Part shown: positions 54,848 through 64,000 of the stretch, piece after piece
Position numbering within the stretch: the stretch's first letter is position 1
Layout of the letters: each line of letters starts with the position of its first letter
NCBI RefSeq assembly: GCF_009914755.1
Contig: NC_060933.1
Source of the DNA: the human T2T-CHM13v2.0 reference genome, Homo sapiens
Reading direction: 5' to 3' (one strand)
DNA: 64,000 bases
The notes under the pieces: generated by a model
Told to the model about the DNA's origin: nothing
Databases searched by the model: none
Seen by the model: only the letters and a program-made list of their open reading frames with translations
Translations under genes and position numbers: made by a program

Positions 54848-54995
54848 CCTCCCCTCCTTCCCTCCCTCTCTCCCTGTCTTCCTCTCTCTTTCCCTTCCTC
54901 TCTCTCTCCCTTCCTTCCTTCCTTCCTTCCTTCCTTCCTTCCTTCCTTCCTTCATCTCTCTCAACCTCTTTTTCTTTCTTCTTTTTTTCTTTCTC
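54848..54995 (+). repeat. Polypyrimidine tract with (CCTT)~10
   Basis: Direct reading. Confidence 0.92.
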
Positions 54996-55324
54996 TCAGT
55001 TAATATAGCTGATTTTAATCAGCATTTTCTTTTAGTCATGGTTTAAATGCCCAATAAATTAATCAAACATTTATCTCCAATCCAGATGTCTCACCTTGAT
55101 GTTAAAGTAGTATTCCACATACCTCTTGGACTCTACTCAGATATCTGACATTCAACAATTCCAGTGTGGGTTGTATTCTCAGCCTCTTCAATATCCCCCT
55201 CTCTTCTATTCTCTATCATTTATTTTCTCTCCACCCACAGTCCCAATTTGCAACTGTGGGAGATCACTTGGGCCTTTCACCTTTCTTCACAATCTTTCAC
55301 AAGCAGGCAGTCTCCACACTCAGA

Positions 55325-55530
55325 ATATAAAATTAGGCAGCCTTCACCACTCTGTGACCTCTGACAAGTGACATAAAATCCCTAGCTTTGTTTTTCTCAT
55401 CTGTGAAATAGCCATCAGCATGATACCTCCCTCAAGGGGTTTTAGGAATAAAGTAAGATACCCCAAGTGAGGTACATCTCACAGTGCCTTACATGTAGTA
55501 ATGCTCTATGAATGTGAACTAATTTTATTT
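55325..55530 (+). mobile_element. MIR SINE
   Basis: 'ctgtgacctctgacaagtgacat...ttttctcatctgtgaaatag...cacagtgccttacatgtagtaatgctc'. Confidence 0.65.
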
Positions 55531-55599
55531 TTTTATTGTTTTTTAAATGTTGCATCCACTCTGTTTCTGTGTCCTCTCTGATGTCTGGTTTTGATAATC

Positions 55600-56120
55600 T
55601 CTCAGCAAAATGTGACTTCCTATCTGGCCTCTGCCCACTAGATAAATTCTCATCTTAACATTCACAGTCTGGCTGCCAATGTTATCTTTCTGAAAGTCTA
55701 ATGTGGCCATACAATTCCATGGCTTTAAAACATTATTTGTATTAGCATACTTTAGACTAACGTGGACTTTTTGTAAGAGCGTATGAGACACTTCACACTA
55801 GCCCCAATTATTATCTGGCTCATCTCCCACTTCTTCCCTAATTAACTCTCAGCTCCAGGCACAGAGGATCTAGTCCCATGAACAGGTCACGCTCTTTGGT
55901 GCTTCCCTGATGTTATACCTCCTTTTCCTCTTCCTTTTCCTGAAATGCTCTCCCTCTCATTCCCATATAACAATCTTCATAATCCAGCTCCATCATCGCC
56001 TGCCTTATGAAGGCTTTTTCAGCTTGTAGCAGGGTTAGCCACATCCTTTTGCATGATCCTAAAGCACTTTGCTCTTGCCATGATAGCACTAAGCATATTG
56101 TGTTGTAATGATTTGTTTCA
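55600..56120 (+). mobile_element. L2 fragment
   Basis: 'cacagtctggctgccaatgttatctttctgaaagtctaatg...ttccatggc', 'cctgaaatgctctccc...atccagctccatcatcgcc'. Confidence 0.55.
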
Positions 56121-56559
56121 AAGTGGTTGTAAAAGCATGTTTGTATAAGACAGGAAAGAAGGCATTTGTTCTCTAATTTAATGATCCTTTCTTCCTGACA
56201 TCGTGTCTTACATAGGCACGTTCTGCCTCTTAGGATCTTTTATGTCTGCTTTTCTCAATGGTGTTTAAAGTTTCCCCCCATTATTCCCACCAGAAATTCT
56301 AGTAGGTATGCTGGGTACGGTGATGTTCCTGCAATCATTCATCACCTGTACTCCGTGCCCCACCTTTTCACCAAACATATTATAACTAGGTAAATTCTAG
56401 CCTTTATTTGTAGCACTCAAAGTAAGACTATTCACTCACAGTCAAGGCAATTTTTAAAAGCAAATAAAGTTAAAAAACATGTAACTTAGAAATTCTTATA
56501 TTAGTCTCAGAGATTGAAAGAGTTAACTATCACCCTTTAATAGGAATAGGGTTTATTAT

Positions 56560-56772
56560 CGTATGTAACTTTAAACTTTCCAAAGCATTTCTGTACATAT
56601 TTCATCTTCTCAACAATTCTCTGTGGTATACAGGGCAAATATTATTATCTCTACTTTACTGATGAAGAAATTGAGGCTTAGAGAGGTTAAATGATTTTTC
56701 AAGGTTACAGAGCTAGTGAATAGCAAATCCAAGAAACCACATTAGCTGATTCATAATGTACTATTCTTTCTG
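56560..56772 (-). mobile_element. MIR SINE
   Basis: 'tttactgatgaagaaattgaggcttagagaggttaaatgatttttcaaggttacagagctagt'. Confidence 0.8.
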
Positions 56773-57114
56773 TATGTTTTTTCTCATACTTCCACTTACG
56801 TATTTCTTTTGCTGTATGTCATGCCATCATTAGGGCATTCACAAAAATTGCATGTATTAGTAAGGATTTTATTAAAAATTTCAGAGAGCCTTTTAAACAA
56901 TATTTATATATTTTATCATTAGGGTTCTATTTCATGACAATAAAAATACATGCTCATTATTAAAAGTTTGGAAAACAAAAGTCCTGACAAAAATTAAAGC
57001 ATAATTCAACCACCTAGTAACAAAAGCTATTAATATTTTGATGAATTTCCTTCCAGTCTTATTTCCATGCTTGATTTTTGTTTGTTTATATTACATTATT
57101 ATGGTTATACTTGT

Positions 57115-57219
57115 TGTTTTTTTTTTTTTTTCTTTGAGACTGAGTCTTGCTCTGTCACCCAGGCTGGAGTGCAGTGGCACGATCTTGGCTCACTGCAAGC
57201 TCCACCTCCCGGGTTCACA
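57115..57219 (-). mobile_element. Severely 5'-truncated Alu (AluY-like) with 18-bp TSD
   Basis: Only ~85 nt of right arm 'gagactgagtcttgc...caagctccacctcccgggttcac' plus T tail; 'tattatggttatacttgt' at 57097-57114 and 57220-57237. Confidence 0.92.
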
Positions 57220-57974
57220 TATTATGGTTATACTTGTATTCAGTATATTATTCTCCTTTCTTGTATTTTATTTTGAGCACTCGTGTTTTGAGAAACACAG
57301 GATTATCAACATTATTAATGTGTTAAGAATATTCCATTTCATGACTCTATCAGAATTTATTTATTTTTGGTCATTTCCCATAATTTTTAATTATCCTTAA
57401 TTACTTTATTCCTCTTAACACTGAATATCACATTCCCAGATGAAGACTGCAAATTAAATATAGTTTTATTTATTTATAATCTATGTGCCTGCATTACAGA
57501 ATTCAAAGTTGCAGTCACTGGAAATGATTGGTACTCTATAGAGGTCAAAGCATTTTGAATAAGGGGTATCACATCATCCCAGACAAGGCAAGTTAAAGCG
57601 GCATTAAACCTTTACTTTGAACCATTTTGAGAAACTAGCAGTATACATCAGTAGGCCATGCTGTAACCGTGGGGTTCTGGCAGGACCTGGAAGTTATCAT
57701 TCATATTTCAGTTCAGATTTCCCAGACTCAGTTTGAAAAATGGCATGTGTCCCATGTATGAATCCCTGGATCCTTCATTTTGGCTTTCTGAATATGAATC
57801 AAAGCTGTTGAAGTTAAGTGCCTTGTTTCCCTCTTCTGAGTCTTCCAAGGGTAGAGACATAGTGTCAGTATTCCAATGCCTCTAACAGTACCATGGAAGA
57901 TAACAGACAACTGGTCAAAGGATATAAGACTGGAAAAGACTGTAGAGGAGGACATCCAGATCAAAGAACTAAAA

Positions 57975-58215
57975 GTACATGGATCTACAGTTAGACTGCT
58001 TGGGTTTGAATCTTAGGTTTTTCAGTTACCAGCTGTTTGACCTGAGACAAATTCCTTTATCTCCCGGTGCCTCAGTCTAATCTATAAAATGTTGATAATA
58101 GTAGTACCTACTCCATAGGACTGTTGTGATAATTCAATGCGGAAATCTATGTAAAGCACTTAGAATAGTGCCAGACCCATACTATGTCCTGAATAAATAT
58201 TAGCTATTATTACTT
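57975..58215 (+). mobile_element. MIR SINE
   Basis: 'agactgcttgggtttgaatc...ccagctgtttgacctgagac...gtacctactccataggactgttgtg...aagcacttagaatagtgcc'. Confidence 0.8.
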
Positions 58216-59114
58216 TTATCATTCATTTTATGAAAGCAGGTACTGAAGCCCAGGGTTAGTAACCCAGGTTCAACCATTTTTCTATTAAACCAGACTTAAA
58301 ATAAATGTATTGTCCATGCATTTTATAGACATTCTCAGCTTAGCCTGGGAGAAAATCATTCTACTATGGTTTGGCAAAGTTTTGCTTTTGATATTTTAAA
58401 CCCGATATCTTCAAATTGAGCTCTTCTCTGAATCTTTAAACCCTTGTGTATTACAGAGGAAATTGAATCAATAAATTTCTGATTCACTTACCCTTAACTC
58501 ATCAAACCTTCATTAGAGTTATTTGACGTCTGGGGAAGCCCTACGTGTTTGTGTGTGTGGAGGTGTGCATATCTTCTCCTTCTAAACCAATAAATCTTTT
58601 CTAGCCAGCCATAAATAGCAATCAAGTGTCCAAAAGACAGAAGAAACAACTCAAAACTCAGTATGGTTGAAAATCAAGGGAGCCTGTTTTGGGCAATCCA
58701 CAGACCGTTGGTCTGACTTAACAACCTTTGATTTTAATCAATAAGCATTTCCATCCCAGGATGCATGCACTTTTTCCCAAACAGTATTTATTGAGGTCTA
58801 CTATGTATCAGGCACCACTCCATCAAAAAGAGAAGCGTAAGCAGCTTTTTTCTGTTTTAAACTGGTTGTCTGTGGACATCATTTGAGTTGACACTGAGGT
58901 TCTTCTGGCTGGGAAATGAGCACTTGCATAGGGCATTAGAGATAGAGGAGTTTTTCCGCAACCTGGTTTTGATTCCATGGTCTTTCACTGCAGTTCCTCC
59001 AGCTAATTTTTTTTTTTTTTTTTTTTTTTTTTGCTAGTTTTGATCCTACCAATCATACATCTGTTTGGATTCCATCTTTTAGTCATCCACTAGATTTTCC
59101 ATTTGGGTTTGACC

Positions 59115-59195
59115 CGCTTTATACCACTGGTTCTGATACCACTGGTTCTGATACCACTGGTACTCGCTTTATACCCCTGGTTCTAAACTGGTACT
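59115..59195 (+). repeat. Short complex tandem repeat, 15-bp unit ataccactggttctg
   Basis: Units at 59121 and 59136, partial at 59151; 20-mer cgctttatacc(a/c)ctggttct at 59115 and 59165. Confidence 0.9.
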
Positions 59196-59574
59196 ACTCA
59201 GGGATTTTACTTCTCAGTTCTCAAGTTCTAACACAGACTACTGCCAGCAGAGATACTCCTAGACAGAGTACCCAGACTCTGCAACAGAGGCTAGAAAGAA
59301 ATAACAGCAAGCATTTTAGGCAGAGAGGCAAGAGAGAAATGAAATGGAAAGACCATCTGGTATCCCAGAGGACAATGAGCACAGGAGAACTGGTGGTTAG
59401 TGCTTCGCTTGAGTCTGAAGTGCCTGCAATTCCAAGAATATCATCAAAATTAGAGATAAATTGTTTTTCTGAGGCTGTGAGGGGACTAGTTTACCCCCAG
59501 AGTGATGTAGCCCAAGAAATAGCAATGTCTTTCATAGATATGCACCTGGGATTCTTTTATATTCATTTGAAACT

Positions 59575-59715
59575 TTATTTAGCTTTCTTAAGTCTCAGTT
59601 TCTTCAACTGTGAAATTAGGATCTAACTCATAGGACTTTTGTGAGAATTAAATGATTTTTGCATGTAATTCATTTAGAACTTATTAAATATTCAATTAAT
59701 GTTAGCTACTAATAT
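59575..59715 (+). mobile_element. MIR 3' half
   Basis: 'tctcagtttcttcaactgtgaaattagg...cataggacttttgtgagaattaaatga'. Confidence 0.7.
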
Positions 59716-60771
59716 TATAGTTTATTTGCCTTAGAGTAATAAGATGCCTAAATGAATCCCAAACAATAAAGAAGACTCTGGGCAGGGGGGAATGCAGTCA
59801 AAAGAGTTGTCTACTGTATGTGTACAGAGAGGCATTTGTTCCTTGTGTCTTTATTTATTAAGTTGTGGAGATAGATAGACACGGCCATAGTTGACTTTTA
59901 AGCAGGGGAAAACATAAACAAACATATACATAAATAAATTAAATAAATTAAAATGCTGGACCAAACCAGGGAGCCTGATTAGTAGCAGCATCCACGCTGA
60001 TGTCAGCCTTTCAACCTGCATGCTGCTAGAAACGCATCTCTGCTCGCAGTGAATTAGAACATCAAGAAACAGGAAGAACTCAAACAGGCAGTGCCTGGTG
60101 GAACTGTGCTGAAAACCTAACATAAATAAATAAGAACATCTCCCTTTAAAGACTTTGAAATAAGTAGCACAATGTGCCAAGAAAGATAGAAATTCAGTCT
60201 CTGCTCACTCTGGATGCAAATATCATCACACTGTGGCAATAAGGGCTCCTCTTTAATTTGGGAGGGGGACAGGGACTGTCATCTGGGGTTTTAGATTCTT
60301 AGGCAACTTATTTATTTTGAAAGGGTGAAAATTCTAATCAACATTTTGGTAGTATATTGGAGATAACAGACCTGCCACTGACTAAATGAATTATGGATTT
60401 TAAATAACTAGAACTCTGTTATAGGGTTGCAGCAGAGATCAAAAAAAAAGAAGAAGAAGAAGAAAAGAAAAAAGAAAAATCAAGTTGCAATTTTGGTGCA
60501 GGACATGGTGGGAGAAACACAGGCATTTGGCCTTTTTTACTGTGAAAATTTTTGGGTTCTTCTGCAAGAACATTTATTTTGTTTCTGAATATGCTGATGT
60601 ATACATCATATATACATACATATTTATATTTACCCAATATGTATGTGTGAATATTTACAAATAACACATGCAAAAAATTTGTTATTTATCAAAGTAATAA
60701 GACATTCATTATTAAAAGTGCAAAAAAGTGGAATAAAAATCAAATTGGAAAGAGTAGAAGCAAAAACCTTT

Positions 60772-61310
60772 TTTAGTCAGCATTCAGCATCAGATGATCA
60801 AAGTGCTCTAGCTAGTTTAAGCAGGAATCCATTCAACATAAGGAATTAGGTGTTCACAGAAACCTTGGAGAGCTTAAAGGAATAGGCTTAAGGCTGAATT
60901 TCCAGAATCAGCTTCCGGAATAATACTATGGAACTGGCCAACAGAATAGCAAATATCTCTGTCACCATTAAGAATCTAAAAGCTGATCCAGAAGCCAAAG
61001 AGTGAAATCCCCCAGCATCTCTTGCCTCTGGGACCAGTCCACCTCTGCTATAATCTGCTACAATAAATCTCCCACAAATGCCTGAATTCTGCCTTGCGGG
61101 TCAACTCCTGGGCTATCCTGTATCCTGCTTCCTTAGAAAACCAAACATCTCCATGGCTGTACTTGCTACAGAAAGGGCAGAAGCAACAGAAGATCAGCCT
61201 CATAAGAATCGTTTTCTGACTAATAAATCTCAGCCATGTGTTTCTGATTAGCCGGTCTTGAGCCAGACAGATCCAGACCTTCACGTGCAAGGGAGTCTGG
61301 GAAATCCTCT
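60772..61310 (-). mobile_element. ERVL solo LTR, LTR41-like
   Basis: 'ctctagctagtttaagcagga...aggaattaggtg...ggctgaatttccagaat...gaactggcc' is reverse-homologous to the 49340-49893 element. Confidence 0.5.
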
Positions 61311-61339
61311 AGACTAGCCACACAAGAAGCCACATTGGA

Positions 61340-62720
61340 AAAATTTTGGAACAGACATGGAGAGAAGCAATCCACTGGAAGTGCCACAGTACCATTCCAG
61401 GCAGAGAAAACAGTAAGAACAAAGACAGAAAGTCAGGAAGTTACATACCATGTTCAGTAACAAAAGAACTTCTTGGCTGGCTTGAATATCAAGTGGTTAT
61501 TGGGGAACTATGGGATAAGTTACTATGTAGAGGTTTGATGAGATTATGAGAACAACTTTATGACCTACTAAGGACTTTAGATTTTATCTAGAAGGCTGAC
61601 AGCTACCAAACTTCAAACATCTATATACCACTGACACAAATTTTGTCACCATTATAAACTATTATTTACGTACTTGATATTTTTTCTTAGAGTACTTTTA
61701 ATTGGACTGTTTATACTTGAGCAATAACATATTGCTCATTCTCAGCAATATGTCTGTGAAATCAAAGATTTGATGTGCTAGCTATATTTTTTCCTAATAT
61801 AAATTATATGCAAAACTTTTTAAATTAAAAAAAGTACACATCACCAAAATCATATTCTGCGTCACCAAAAGTTATTAGTATCATAGTTTGGGAAACACAG
61901 TTTTAAACAATGAGAACCACCAAAAGCATTATGAGCATGGATGTGGGCAAACCAGATATGTAGTTTAGAAAAATAACGGACAACGAATAGGTTGAATGAG
62001 AAACTTAACAGGCATGAGTCTAGGTAAAAGTCGAATATTGTTTGAACTGGGGCAATGTCCACAAAAATGAAATGGAAAGAACAGCTGAGATTTTAGAGCT
62101 AGTGTTCAAGGGACTTGGTGACTGACAAATCTAGAAATTCAGAATTAGGAGGAGTTTATACTGACTATAAAGTGTTAGCTTAGCTGACTGCTGACTGATG
62201 GATGCTGTTTTAGTAAGCAGAGATAGTGAACATGAAACTGTTTGATTTTTAGAATATGTATATGAGAGCTCCAGTTGGACATGTTGAGTTTTGAAGTACA
62301 TTTGAGATATCAACTAGAAACAAGTTTCTTCATAGTTATAAACGTGTGTCTGGAATTCAGAAAAGCAGTCTCGGGTGGAGTTAAGTTTGTGGAGTCACTG
62401 GCCTATTTGTAGTTGATTAGTTAGAGTCATGAAGGTAGACCTAGGCCTTAAGGAGAGATAAGCATAAGCATGTGGGGTTTAGGTATAGGGTAGAAGAAGA
62501 AGAATCAGCAAAAGAGACTAAAGAAGGACTTGAAGAGCAGTCCTTGTAAGCCATTGAAGAATGGGATTTCAAAGAGAGGAAACCACTGACAAAGTTAATT
62601 GTCAAAAAGGCGAGACTGAAACTAGACCACTGGATTTAGCCATTAGAATATTAGTGCTCTGTAATTAAGCAGTTTGCACAGAGTTGTCCAGAGCAGTTGT
62701 ATTGCACTGAACTGAATAGC
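61340..62720 (-). mobile_element. L2 LINE fragments (with an AT-rich, possibly hAT, insert ~61600-61910)
   Basis: 'aaggactttagattttatc', 'ttggacatgttgagttttgaagtacatttgagatatcaa', 'gaccactggatttagccatt'. Confidence 0.65.
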
Positions 62721-62744
62721 AATTGGGATGTAAACAAATGGAGA

Positions 62745-62957
62745 CGGTGGTTCTCAACCAGGAATGGTTTTGCCCTCCGGGGAACATTTGGCAATATCTA
62801 GAGGCATTTTGGATTGTCACAACTGGGGAAGTGCTACTAACATCTAGTAGGCAGAGACTACACATGCTGCTAAACATTATACAAGACATAAGACAGCTCC
62901 CACAGCAGAACATTATCTGGCCCAAAATGTCAATAGTGCCAAGACTGAGAAATCCTA
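62745..62957. mobile_element. MER20 (hAT-Charlie non-autonomous DNA transposon)
   Basis: 'cggtggttctcaacc...ggggaacatttggcaatatctagagg...ggcccaaaatgtcaatagtgccaagactgagaaatcct', ~213 bp. Confidence 0.88.
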
Positions 62958-63598
62958 CTTTAGATAAAGACAAAATCTAGCTATGAAGAGGAGAAAAGAA
63001 AGAGGATGGTGGCTTGCTATGGAGGAAAAATCTCATGGTTTTACAAAGAGGACATTTGAGCATAAGAAAAAGAGGAAGGATAAGGTAGGGAAAAAGAAAA
63101 AATAAATAAAGGATAGTTCGCCGAGTAATGTTTCATGGAGACTAAAGAGAATATTATATTCCAGAGCATAATTGAGGGATAAAACTTGGACAGCAAAAAG
63201 GATTTCCACCGCTCTCCTACCTCTTCTAAAATAGAAAGGAGGACAAACAACAAGGAAAACTATGGCTATGGATAAAAGGCATATAAAGGAGTATTAGGGG
63301 GGGTTTATGCCTGGGAAGTAAGAGGCTAATTCATCATGCAGAAGGGTGAAAATACAGAAAATGATCAATAAAACAGACCTTATGGAGGGTAGTAAAATTT
63401 AAGCAGTAAAAGGTTGGGATTGGAAAAGAGAAGTATGTAAATAATTGTTAAACATCACTAAAGAACAGGTTAAATATCAAAATTACAAATTTTGGGGGAA
63501 AATTGACTTAAATGGTAATATGATTTTATCAGGTAACACTCAGCAACCCAAGAACAGTATCAGAGAAAACAGACATTTATGATTGCCAGAATAAGGGA

Positions 63599-63626
63599 GT
63601 GCTTACCAGAAGATTCTGGTAAGCAC
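63599..63626. repeat. Perfect 13-bp inverted repeat with 2-nt loop
   Basis: gtgcttaccagaa-ga-ttctggtaagcac. Confidence 0.95.
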
Positions 63627-64000
63627 ATGGATTAAAATATGTTTGGAATAGTTGTCCTTGCCATAAGTCATATCTTAAAAGTAGTTATGTACTCCCAAAT
63701 ATCTAGACTCTTAAAAAGACTGTTGATTAATTTAAAATAACGCTGTAGGATCAGTAATAATATCTCTTGCTAATTACTTTTTATCAAGATGCTTCTATCC
63801 TTTTTTTCTTTTTGTATCTGCATAGATGCTAAATAAACCAGAGATAATTGAATGACGAAGCTGATGATCTAAACTGAATTTAGAGTTAGAAGGTCCTTTC
63901 ACTCATTACTCACCTTTGGTTCTGCATTTGTTTTATTGTATTTTAGTTTTGCAAAGTCAGAGCCTCAGATTTTCTTTTTATTTCTATTCCCTCCAATGTG

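Noticed and set aside
59115-59195. CRISPR-like array
   Set aside because: Units are 15 bp and directly adjacent with no unique spacers; primate context with no cas genes.
59983-60028. miR-15/16-like hairpin (tagcagcat...atgctgcta)
   Set aside because: Only a 9-bp outer stem plus a 5-bp inner stem with a large asymmetric loop; too short for a pre-miRNA and no similarity beyond the seed.
49340-61310. Oppositely oriented LTR41-like pair as a structural inverted repeat
   Set aside because: Highly diverged, 11 kb apart, and adequately explained as two independent old insertions.

Overview
This is AT-rich, CpG-poor primate (very probably human) non-coding DNA, either intergenic or deep intronic. 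I cannot support any host protein-coding exon, RNA gene or CpG island; the only ORFs with recognisable homology are broken L1 ORF1/ORF2 pieces and Alu-derived frames. Much of the window is transposable-element debris: 6 Alus, a near-full-length L1PA15/16-type LINE-1 with a nested THE1 LTR, several older L1 fragments, MIR and L2 relics, MaLR/ERVL solo LTRs (THE1, MLT1, LTR33-like, LTR41-like), hAT DNA-transposon relics (MER5A, MER20, Zaphod-like) and microsatellites. Subfamily names come from recalled consensus sequences, not a database search, and old-repeat boundaries are approximate. The main signal that ordinary repeat annotation does not explain is a cluster of locally templated inverted copies between about 11.5 and 34 kb. 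It includes two long-range inverted repeats of apparently unique sequence (85 bp at 95% and about 175 bp at about 84%), each with one arm interrupting an older TE. It also includes two fold-back/inversion events inside L1 fragments and several palindrome-perfecting micro-events. These look like fossils of repeated template switching; function is not demonstrated.
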